A DNA stretch of 57,755 bases, filler included, from Catajapyx aquilonaris (Eukaryota): the NCBI GenBank assembly GCA_000934665.2. It is 2 parts of 2 records of this genome, joined end to end, with 100 filler letters (N's around TTAATTAATTAA, not from the genome) between each part and the next. Parts side by side here need not be neighbours in the genome. Positions count along the whole stretch, not along the records: positions 28,932 to 57,755 come from KZ539237.1; 1 more part is not named here. The stretch is one strand, 5' to 3'. The first letter of the stretch is position 1; every line of letters begins with the position of its first letter. The position numbers and the translations under genes were made by a program. The notes under the pieces were generated by a model, which made no database searches, was not told where the DNA came from, and saw only the letters and a program-made list of their open reading frames with translations. Shown here in pieces: positions 39,801 through 52,457 of the stretch.

Positions 39801-41823
39801 TTACCCCGTGATACAACGTCTCAGTCAGCCATATAGGGTCACTCCAATCTTGTATGATGAATACATATTTATATTTACATGTAGGCCTAGTTAGCACTAA
39901 TAACAACCATTCGGGCCTTTATCATACCATATAACAGTTCATAGGCGCATATAATGCTGTGCATTTTTGTGAGAGATAGAAATAGACTCTGCATATCAGA
40001 GTAACGTACTTTGGCGAAGCGCATGTGAACAGAAGTCCGTAATGGAATACAGTATGTGCTATAGTTCATGTGAATGTCGTCCTGTGAGGTCCAGTCTTAT
40101 CGAAAGTTATAGTCAGTTACTACATTCCTGTATTTTGTTGACTTCGATATGGTGTGCATCAATTTTATGTGAGATGTGTCAGTAACATTACTACCCAATA
40201 TTTTTATGTAATATAATCATGCGTAAATAAGCGTTTCGATTATAACATGGAACACTTTGCAGTCTGTAATATATGCAAGGAGCAACGCTTCTCAATTTAA
40301 CATCTCTATGAGGGAAAGGGGGAGGAAAAGCTATGGCTTACTCACTCCAGGCCTGCGTGCTCGACTTAAGTATCCCATAACGATATTCCCGTCTCCCTGG
40401 AGATGTCAACTAACGCAGCATTCCACTCTGTATATAATGCTTATAAAGATGATCTTACAGTACCATTTAAGTCATACATAAAATATATTGGAGTCTACTA
40501 GTAAGTATAGGCAACATTGGACTACAATCTTGTTTTCTACCACTGATGGCTCTATGCAGAATGTCTCTTACTATAAGAAAAGTAACAGGACACAATCGTG
40601 GACTATAAAAGCAACATCCTGAACCATTTCTCTTTATTGTAACATAAACAACTCCACTTCCGGAGGTCTGAATTTCATAGAATGTAAACGTATAGTGTTT
40701 ACAAAGGCAAGAGTGAAAATCGATTCCCCGACCAAAGCGGGTAATTTAGAAAACCAATCTGTCCCGGAAGAGTGCACAAGAGGCAAAGAAGGAGCCCCTT
40801 TGCATCTGCCTCATCCTTATGGTCTTCTACCTTATAGAGTATAACCTGGTAGAGCATTTCACCGCAAAAAACTCAACTTGTTTTTTCATGAACGTCACTT
40901 CCGAACAAGACCACCAAGAACACCTCTTATTCCATAAACTGCTCTAATATAACCCTCACGGAAGCTGCTGGAGTTCTGAACAGATGGGTCAAGTTGTGCA
41001 GTTTTTTCCTAGGTAAACCGCAGGCCAGACTGCATTTTTTGTAGTACTAAACATGTATCCAGGATGATCCATTTCTATTATATTTAATGGGTGAGGAATC
41101 TTAAGTACACTAATTGTAAGTTTAAAAAATCTTGGAAGGTAATCCCAGTTCGGCCCAATTTCAAGATTGGTATTGTAGCATTGGGTTTAAACAAAATGGC
41201 CGCCTTGGAAACCCCCATTTGGCCGCTCCACCGAGACCTAAATTAAAATTAAATGACAAAAGGCTTTCTCTCGCGGAAAACTGGGACTGCGGTACTGAGT
41301 AAATGTGGCGCTACTCAACTGTACGCAAGAGGAAGCCTTTCATGCTTCTTTAAAGTCGACCTCCGACAAAAACCGAGTACTTACAAGTTAGTTGCCGGGA
41401 TTTGTTTCCAGACTCGAATGTGAAAAAACAGTTTGGCTCTGAGGCGGCCAAGTTTTGCCGCAGCTGAAAGAAAAAGCAGTGGAGGGTAAGAAATCTTTAT
41501 CAGAGGGCTTGCATGCAATCCAGTCAGATTTAAATGCGGGTGTTGGTTCAAAGTTGAGTGTGTCTTGTAGTGCTTGAAAGCACCGCTGTTTACGACACAG
41601 TGCACCTCAAAACATCGTGTTAGGGTCGGAATATTAAAAGGGCTAAGTACTGAATAATTACGTACTGCAGAAGATCCTTTTTGGGGTGGAGTCCTGTGCT
41701 CGTGCCAATGTGCGCTGTTTGTAGTTTAAGCTACTTGTCATAAGGTCATGCTATGGATGCGCAAATCAGTAACTATCAGATATAGAATGTGGTTTCCGGA
41801 TGTAAACGCCTCTATATGTCCGG

Positions 41824-41894
<71 letters not shown>

Positions 41895-44800
41895 GTAATT
41901 CCGGGTATGTAAGTGTGACCACTTTAGTGTTTCATTATTGCGTTTCATTACTGCGTCAGCTCGGGAATTCCAAGTGCGGGAATTTTGACCATCAAGCCAG
42001 CATCCAGTGTGAGGTCCGCTGCTACGGTTCCTTTGTTTTTCGCTTGTTAATTACCCTGAACGCCCTGTCACCTTGTCACCCACTGTGGTATTATGTTGTG
42101 GTGAATGCCTTCACTCTTTTTTCAGGACTATTTTGGTACAGTAGAATGTAGAATAAGCGACATTTTTTGTCTGACAGCGATATAGCTTCTCGACTGCTTT
42201 TAACAAAGTAGTTCCTTTCGTGGACACATAATATGTTGCAGACGCATAATGTTGATTGAGTGTTACAAATTAAAAATTTAGCTATTTTCCATTTTTTGTG
42301 TTACTAGTAGTGTTAGCAAGCTCTTGACTCTCGACAATAATGGGTGTTCCTGCATGAGAATTCGAGTAGCAAAAAAAAAAATCTATTCTCGCTCCCATAT
42401 TTTCTGTTTAAAAACTTATTTAGCTTTTTAAATCCTTTTTAGCATTTTTACCGTAGCGAAAAAAACGTGGCGAAAGATAAAGGTAACCTTAATTAATAAA
42501 ATTTATTACCTCGCAACAAAAATTTCCTGGAAACACCGGTTCTCGCGAGCTTGCGAACGCACTTTTATAAAGAAAATACCTTTCGGAATTATTACCACGC
42601 GAGTAAACTTTTCAAATATGACAATCATGCTTTTCTTTCCTGAAAGAGTTATGAAAACTTTTAAATGATGGTTATAACCGAGGCGATTTTTTGTCATCTC
42701 TACTAATCAATTTTACTTTGTTTTAATTTTTATTATCCCCATGCTACTAAATATAACAGTTCTATTACCCCTCACACGGCATATATAAAAGCACTACATT
42801 TTTAGGTGGCTTCATTATTGCTGTAGGTCATTAATTGAATTGCCTGTTGGGAGTGTGGCTTTCAATCTGAAATTGCCGGCTTCTCTCGTCCACTAGCACT
42901 GTTCAACGGGGACTGTAATTAATGAAGGGTTTGAAAAAAAGTAGAGTGTGTGTAAAGCTTTTGCCATCAAAGGCTCCTAGTTTTCAAAATTCAAGTTCAA
43001 GAGGATCAACCTTTCAGAAGTTTTTACGCGGGGGGGGGGGGGNNNNNNNNNNNNNGAAAGGCCAGATTCCACAAAAATTACATTTTTCGGATACTGTGGC
43101 AAAAGCAGTGCCACAAAATAGGCTATACTAGGATCCACACAGAATGAAAGCTGGCAATTTTTCCACATCCCGTAACGACCTCGCAGTTTCCATAATACAC
43201 TTTTTGTCATTCCCGGAGCTTCTTGTGATTCTTTCCTTCCTTGGTACTTTTTTTTGCTTCCTCCGGAGTTTTCTTTTCCTTCATTTAAGGCTTTCCCGTC
43301 CTGATTTATGCCCTCGCTGATTCCTTTCCCCCAGAGCGCAAATTCCCAGTGCAGTCTGCATCTGTAAGGCGCAGGATTTCATTTTCACAAACCATCCCAA
43401 ACCAGCCAACCAGCTTTTCCTTGCAGAATACTCAGCCCCACTAGATTTGCAACCAGATGGTCTCAAATGGGCGGCAATTATTACACTGTGCCAAACCTGA
43501 GTAATAATGAGGCAAGGAACAGTACACTGCAGATTACAATTGCTTGTTGATTACAGCCTACGGTGAATGTATAGAAATAAATAGATCTGCCGGCCGTAAG
43601 TCCACTTTGGGTCAATTTTTAACCTGGACACACCAATATTATTGCTCTTTGGTGACGATACCTGCAGGAATGTCTTTTAAAGGGGGCGTACAGTCCCTAC
43701 ATATGTAGTCTACCATTAATAATTCTCATTTATTCTCAAACGGGCGTCCAGCCGTGTACTATTAAGTATTATTTTAAAAACTAAATTAAAACATCGAGTT
43801 ATTAGTGTTTAGTATTAGTATTTAGTATTTTCACAAGTTTTAATTTAGTTCATATGTTGGGTTAACTTGTGTCTCCCTTCATAGCTGACTACCCCTCATG
43901 GGAAATGTCGTGATGGTGATGATGATGATGATTTTAAAAACCTCATACAGCTCATAAACTGGGTGTCAGAGAGGTCCATTATGCGAACCAGTTACCAAGT
44001 ACGGTATATTTTGGTTGCTGCAATAATGCCACTACTTGTAGCTGCAGAAAGGAAAAGCCGTGACGGCGATCATGAATTGTCAAATAATTCATTTCATTCA
44101 ATACTGAAACTACATTTAAAACAAAATTGATATTGAAAATTAAAGTGAAATAAGATGAGCCTTATTTATTTAGCTACTAACATTACAGACAAATGTGCAA
44201 AATGAAAATATCAGTGGTTTCAGGTCGTTTAGAATAAGCTGTATACGTGTTGCGTTCGTACTGCGTCTGTGATGTGTGTGACAACTTCTTGTCTCAACTG
44301 GCTTGGAGCTAAAGCCAGGCGGTCTATGAGTTGCATTGTATTGCCTGATGTGTACGAAAAGACAACAGCAAGATCGAGGCGGACGTGTCTCGTTTTTCTT
44401 TTGATGACACCTTACCGTCTTGGAGTGGCTCGAGTTGATACGGAAGGATCCGGTGGCAGATCGATCCTATTGTCAGGTTACTGCCGCTCTTACGTACTTC
44501 TTCAAGACGTGGACTTGACAGCAATAAGCAGTAGTGAACTGGGGCAGGGTAATGTTTAATTGTAGGCCCTACTTGAAACTTTCACTGTTTGCAGAGATCC
44601 GGTAGCAGTCGGGAGGAAAAGATGTGCCCTTTTTACCCATAATATGCCTATATGTCGCCAACTTCCATTGGCTGTAAACTACTGACTTGCCCAGAGAGAA
44701 AAACTGCGTCGGGGTAAGTTAGTGCGCAGGTGACGCAATCTAAACCCAGGCATTGCAGGAAGACTGATGTGTTAAGATTTAATTATTGCATTAAGATTAA

Positions 44801-47800
44801 TGAAACATAAAACCCTTCAAATTTTGTCTGAAATAATCGGATTTTAATGTAAAAACCTGTACAATGAAATCCATCGTTCCCATTTTGCATGAAATACGTC
44901 AATGGAAGCACAATTTCCTATTAGTCATCTCCACCCAACCAAGCAAAAAAGTTCATAACTCTCCCCACGCTTGGTCGAGTTTGATAAAACTTGAAGTGGC
45001 AGATGTAGGAGGAATTGGTGGTATACGTCATCTCCCAAGATTTTAACTTCATGATCGACCGGGCGAAAAAAGGTCACTGTGCGAACAGCATGTACCTGTG
45101 TGCTGCAGGAAGTGAGCATACACACTTTGTCGTAGATTATGCCACAGTGTATGTGAATGGTATAAAATACGGTATATATTCTAGAAATAAGGGGATTAAA
45201 ATGGTTAATTGACACAATCATAATTATGTTGAACAATGAACATGTATTCAGTTCAAACCAATCCTTTTTTCACGCAGTGAACATCGAAAGTTAATTTATA
45301 AAAAATATGCACAAATATGCAAAAATTGCATCACTTCTCCTTTTGTATACGGTGCTGTATATTATTTTTCTAACCGAGAAATATCAATCTATAAGTTATT
45401 TGGGTTTTTAGAATTTTAAATATTTGCGTATCAGGACGTCTTTTTTGTGAGTGTCAACAGTCATTACATCCGTCGTAGTCATCTGGATACGTCACATTAA
45501 ACGTAATTGGAGCGCCAATGATAGGCGCCGTAATAGCATTTTAAATACATATAGGCATATGGGTAGCTATATAAATTGCGCCCAAAATCCTTGACAATCA
45601 ACAGCCATTACCTACGTTATATGATTGTGACCTAATAGCGTCATCACAGGGGCATCATAACTTACTGATTAAAATACCTTTGCCTAGGACAGAACCTCGG
45701 ACAGACCCTTTACAGTAGGCCTATAGTTACAGGGGAAGAAGTAGTGAAATGAAAAGAGCAGTACTGTACAGGCATATTATACACTATGATGAAGAACTAG
45801 AGTTTCGAAGACTCTGCCATGTAGCTTGGCTTGGCTTGTACAAATTTATTATTATTTATATATAACATATCAGGCTGAACTCATTCTATTGTGTCTCACA
45901 AGTCAGCGTTGCCAAGTATAGCTGGGGGGAGGGGAGGCTACATATGATATTACACAATTTTGTTTGCCTTACTTGTGTGATGGTGGGTTTCTCTTTAAAT
46001 AATCTCATGTGGCAGATTTATTTTTCACACCGACGCGACGTTAAGAATCTTAGTGCATTTCTTTTTCCCCGTTTGTTTTACTTTTACTTTACTTGGATGC
46101 AGGATGGCCAGACGATAAATTTCCTGACCTGTACGGTCTACTAGAACAGCGGAAATTTCGGAAACTGAAGGCCACAATAACCACTGACCGTGACCACTGA
46201 TATATTTTTATTTTACATAAACTGCTCTGTTAATATATTTGCTCCAAGTACACCACATACTACTATGGGTCAATATACGTTTTGAAAATTCGTTATAGGC
46301 AAAATACCACAAGATAGCATTCATATCAATGTACCGTATAGTGTAATTTGACAAAATTATAAATTCACTTAATATTATTATAATTTAGTTGTATATTTTC
46401 CACTGCATTTTACATGCTTCAACCATAAAATGTGGTAGATTTAGGTTAAATGTTTAGGCTTAAGGCTGCCCAGCTCGCCTAGCCCGTATCCTGCGCGTAA
46501 TTTTCGCTTCTGCTCCTCTAACACGTAGGCTACGCTTAAGATAAGGACAAGGTATTTTACTATTTTACAAATAATAACAGTTATATTATACTAACACACT
46601 GCCTCAGCCTTCCACCTCTGAGGTCCCGAATTCGATCCCCGGGTCGGACGGCGGATACTTATGTGGATAGAGGTTCGATGGGTTCTCTCCGTGTTCGCGT
46701 GGGTTTTCTCGGGGTTCTCCCGTTTCCTCCTACTATCACAAGTGAGTCTTGTAGGTATCTCAGGGTCGTGGATATTACGGATTTTAAAACATATTTCATA
46801 ATTAAATCAGCCTAACAGTTCGTCAGTAGTAGGCCTACTTGAAATTCAAGTTGTTTTTTTTACGGCGACCTTCTTGGAAATTAATTTAGGGACATATAGA
46901 TGATTAAAATTGTTTCCAACACATACATTGTGTAGAACATGAATGTGTAAGTATACCGTCAAACGGGGTGAGATTGTGCCACTTTTTGAGGTTTTTCTTG
47001 CAAGAAAACCAGAGCTATTGATATATCGGAACGAGTATTTTATACAACATTGCTGCACAACTTACCTTTCAGATCATACGTGAAAATAATTTTTATATAC
47101 TAAGTGAGGGGAGATATAAATTCTTTACCGTGGCACAATTTCACCCCATCGAGTGGGGTGAGATTAGGCCAGCCTATTTAAATGCTTGAAATGAATAGGA
47201 AACGAGTCATGGGTATTCAAACTTCGACTCTCCCTCAGTCATCTCTCTCCAATCTACAGTATACTGAAATGGAAGGGGTAGCCAGATGAAGCCTCTCTTG
47301 TCAATCATCCCTTTAATCATCTTCTCCCCCCGCAACCTTTTGATTCTATACACTTATCTTCAGACACGCCCTGTATGTTGGATGTGGGGACCATACACTT
47401 GCCCCAATCTATTTCCTTGAACATTCCATAACGTAGAATCAACATAGAATTCAAATGGCCGCGTGTATTATGTGTATATATTGACTGGGTAGTGGGGTTG
47501 TCAATTGTCAAAACATAGTATAATAGAATATTACAATAGAACAATATCTGAAAATAATTTATAGCGTAAAATTACGGCTGAACACAAGAGAAACCCAAAA
47601 GTTTACCTGCAGAGAGCTGTGAACAAAACTACTATTTTTCCGATAAAAATAACAACAACATACAGTTCTGGTTGAAATTATGTTGTCGGAAGATAAACAA
47701 GTTGCGTATAAAATACGTTATAAATTCCATTGTCCTCTCTGCTATGGGGTATAATTCACCTTCATTGCAATCATGTTTACGTATAAAAAATCAGCATAAT

Positions 47801-50800
47801 TTTTCCACGGAATATTTGCTTGTCAATTATTTTACGTCCATAACAGGATTGGTTAGCATCGAAAGAGAAAAGCACGGTGTGATGCATTAGTGACGAAGTG
47901 ATGCAAATGGTTGTGGGAGGCATCCAGCTGGGAATATTAATCATCCCAGCTGTAAATTATGTAGGACGTGAAACATGGAGAGGAAGCTTCAGCCTGGTAA
48001 CTTTGCCATGATCGACTCCTGAGGATTGTGGCCAGTGAAGGAAGAGGAAGCAGGAAGGAACATAAAGTTCTTCGCCATCTTCGCCTCAATCCGAAACCGC
48101 AGAAAATAATGATTGCCAAACTCTTGTCATTGTCAGGTTGGTGATGAATGAGCTCTCGGGAAACAAAACCGCGACAAACGTTTGCTGCTTTCCTAGGACT
48201 GGGTGTGCCGAGGCGTCAATTTCGATCTAGAATTCCTTTGACTCAGCTTGCATTTGCTAATCCCGCTCCTGTCTTTTGTCGCCACTAAAATTGCTGTATT
48301 ATCTTCACGTAGACAATATTGCTGTAAGGATTAGCTAGGTTTGAGTTAGTGTGTAATCATTGATCTTTTTTGTCAAGCCTTTTTCGGAAAGGTTACTACT
48401 GTAGTAACAGAGCTCCAGCGCTGTACTGGGTATTGAAGTTGTTGAGTATTTCATACACATGTGACATGTCAAACTCCTGGGGTGCAGGGTCGTGGATGGA
48501 TATCATGGCTATACTGAAGGTTACCAACTTTAAATATCCAGAAGCACGGCCATATAAGTAAGGTCTGGTCACTCCCACCCACCCCCTGCCGGGGCGTTTT
48601 GCAGCGGGTGCTCACCTGAGAGCGCCATGAGACATTTCGGAGCCCAGGTAAGTGGCGACCCTACCAGACTAGGCTGAACTTTATAGGTGCGAAAGGGGAG
48701 GGCTACATTGGGGGGTCCAACATGGCCGCCGGCGGCCATGTTGGGCCCGCATGTGGCGCTTCCCTTTCGTACCTATAAAGTTCAGCCCAATCCGGTAGCC
48801 ACTTACCTGGGCTCCGAAATGTCTCATGACGCTCTCAGGTGAGCACCCGCTGCAAAATGCCTCGGCAGGTGATAACGCCAGAATGTAGTATAAGTGTCCG
48901 GGGGCTGTCCAGAAGCATTTGATTGTTAATAAGCCACGATTGTATCATCAAAATTGATTTGGAAATCATGTTTACGTAATATTTTTCAATCACGGTATGT
49001 GTTGATATAAGTCCCTTCTCTTTTTGGGATATTTCCAGCATGCAGCGGGAAAATGTTCATCATCCACTGCCGATAACAGTTTTTTAAGTCAACATTTTTC
49101 ATCCACGAACTAACACTCCACCAAGTGTTATACCATAATTGCATTGGCATGAAACCCAGAATAACACGCTTTGCATTAAAACCATCCAATCAGTATTGAA
49201 CACCAAGAAATAGGCACTTGCTTTGTAAAACATATCAGAAAATTTTGCAGGAAAATACAGCGACCCAGATGATTTTTTTTTCTTTTTCTTTCTTGGGCAT
49301 ACATGAGATTCCACTAGTGGTCAAATGCACCTGTCGCACAGGATTTTGCGTGCTCATGATCCGTTTACCTACTCTGAATACTATTCACTGTTATTTGTCC
49401 AGTTCGTGGCCCACCCGCACTGCCAGCAGCTTCTGACCTCTATCTGGTACGAGGGCTTCCCCATCTGGAGGCGAAAGAACGCATTGGTCAAGATGCTTCT
49501 GTGCCTGTCTATCATCGCCTGCATGCCCGTCATCGCCTTGGTTTACCTCCTTTGCCCAAGGACCAGGGTCGGAAGAATCATCAGGTCTCCCTTCATGAAG
49601 TTTATCTATCACAGGTACAGAATCTGCGCACTTTTGGAATAAAAATAATTTGTGGCTGTGGTGGGGTATATGTTCACATCATTCCCAATAATCTGTGTGA
49701 AAAATCTTACAATTATTTGAGCTTTAATAGAAATTCTGCCGGAAACCTTGAACCATGTGAATCGTCGTACTGTTGACCAACTATCGCGTATATTCGCATC
49801 CAGTCGTAAATATTGTGGGCATTCAAGCTCCATTAGTTGATTGTTATTACACTTTTATATTAGTTTATGTTTGAACTTCTATCCCTTTGATTCCATTTTT
49901 GGGTTGCAGGCGAGCTGAAAGAATTAAGAAATCCCCGTCGCCAACATCTGTTTGAGGATAGGAATGTCTTTTACATCGGGTTTCCCCGCATTTTGCTGGT
50001 GACGTAGTCGCGGCCTGAAAAGGACGGGACAATAGGCCCCACTCTTCTCGGTGTCAGCTGCTCTAAATGAAATGGGATTAGTGGATACAGGCTCCGCTAT
50101 TATTATGGGTCGGATGGGAAAGCGGCGGAAATTAAATCCTGGGCAAGGAGGGGCTGAGTAGGAAAGACAGGGTGGTGCTCCAGGCATTAAGTAAGGGCAT
50201 TACTGTCAGTGCAACGACTGACAATAAACGGGGGGGTGCTGCAAGTTGGTCGTCAAAATTCCCTAAAGCGACATCACCATTCTGAAACTTCTCTTTTTCC
50301 TCATTGGACAGCGCTTCCTTCGGCTGCTTCCTGGTGCTTCTAGTCCTAGCTTCCACCAGGACCGAGGGCAGTGAAACATACCGCCAGAACATACGAGGGC
50401 CGTCACCTTCCATAGTGGAATGGCTCATCTTGTTCTGGGTCACCGGCATGGTACGTAACGATTGTCATACTAGTCTGTAGTTTTCAAAAGAGTCCATAAT
50501 ATCCGATAATCATCTGAGAGCGCCCATACAATGGCGCCTTCCTAGCAGGCTGACCACGAAGCACGTGGCGCTCCTCAGAAGTTGGTAGTAATTAGGCAAA
50601 AAGTTTATTAATGGCAGTTATAATCATTTAGACCTTTCAGCCCTTGGGTAAAAAGAAGCCTCCTTAAATCTTAATGGAGAGCCAGGAATATATTTCGTAG
50701 TTTCCGCGGAAAGATGTGGGGGTGCGCTCGACCTTGTCACATTAAAACCCGGACGCCAGGCCGTAACTGATGCTCGGGAGGCCCAACGTTAACGATCTCC

Positions 50801-52418
50801 CGGATTTCGCGCAGATCCACTCTCTCGTCATGTCGTTCATAATGCATTCCCGGTTCTTTATGATATGTGCCTCTTTTGTATCCTCCCACTCTAATTAACC
50901 CCGTGGCCTGAATTTTGCCATGTGCCATTTATTATTATTGCACTGTTGCGCTGGCTGCGTTTTTTTTTGGGGGGGGGGATCCATTTTTAAATTCTAATAA
51001 ATGGAGGGACTTTTTGCGGGATGATAAATGTCAAAAGGGACCGTTTTATAGTTTGGACTGATTTACGAGTTATATCAGTGGTTGTTCATAATGGCCCGAA
51101 TTAGCCGCTTTGAAGAAGTACGGTACGAGAATAGCTCGTAGTAAAATGGAGGAATGTGTTCTGTATTTTCAATATAATATGGGCTGGAATTGGCATGGGT
51201 TACACATATGTTTAATATCTCCAACAGGTTTGGGCAGAATGCAAGCAGCTCTGGGAAGAAGGATTTAAAGCCTATATTCGGCAGTGGTGGAACTGGTTGG
51301 ATTTCATCATGTTGTCGTTATACCTCTGCACCTTCTCTCTTCGAGCAGTTGCTTACGTCCAAATTACAACCAACAAGTACGTGAAGTTTCCATTTTTGCT
51401 TCTTTATTGTTCAGTCTTGCAACACTGTCTCGTTCGTTTGACTTTTAGACTAATCGGTGTTGCATGCTTGCTTCTCTTCTCCATTCTTTTATCTTTCTCT
51501 TCCTACACATTGCTGGCAAAAGAGTGCGGTAAGTTGACATACATGTGTTTATTTTCTTCATTAGTTATTATTTTTTTTCATTTTGATTCTCTAAATGGTG
51601 GTTAGGTCGAGGTAACCCCGTTCGTCATCATAGCTGCTGTTTACTGAATGAAGTTTTAAAAAGTGAATCTCTGGGAAAATTGACGTGTCATGTCCAAGCC
51701 AGTTTTGCTGTAGTATAATTTGGCTCGCAGGATTTGGGTCTGCTGGGGGGAAACAATGTGCCTGCTGACCAGAAAACAACACGTATAGAGCAGGACAGCT
51801 AACTTTGTGCAAGGCAGGTCTTGTGACGGGGAACAATAGTGGTGCCCTGATGAATTGGAATGCAGGCCATATGTTACAACCGCATGTGAAACAAATCGCC
51901 CTGTACTTTTTGACGTAGAGTACTTGTAGCGTGTGAGCTGTTTAGTTGTGGATATACACCCACCACTTTGAAGTATTCAGCAGCTTCATGAGAGGACAAT
52001 GTCATCCAGGTGTTACTACTTCAGTTTACCTCGAATTAATGCAGCAGTAATGTCAAATATCTCGCTAAGAACTTTTGAACGCACCCTGTCAGACTTAAAT
52101 AACATTACAAATTAATATTCCTTTTTCGTGGCTGTTTATAACTTTTTTTCAAAAAATTTCTGAACTGTTTTTATAACGCACTACCACTATCAGCTGGTCA
52201 TAATGAATAAAGTGCGTCGAATTTTACATTGCTAGTAGTCTACCACTATTTGAGGCTAATCAATATTTAGCGGCTCTTTAGAAGTGGTCATTTTATACAG
52301 TATAATTTCTTCAAAGGACAGCCTCATTTTATAAGCTAGTTTACTTCAACCTGCTTGTTATGTTATTTTACGATAGAATTGAAGTCTGCGATTTTGTACA
52401 ACGTAGATGATGATGATG

Positions 52419-52457
<39 letters not shown>

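Noticed and set aside
41766..42151. Poly-Ile and poly-Leu ORFs
   Set aside because: They are translations of the (ATT)n microsatellite.
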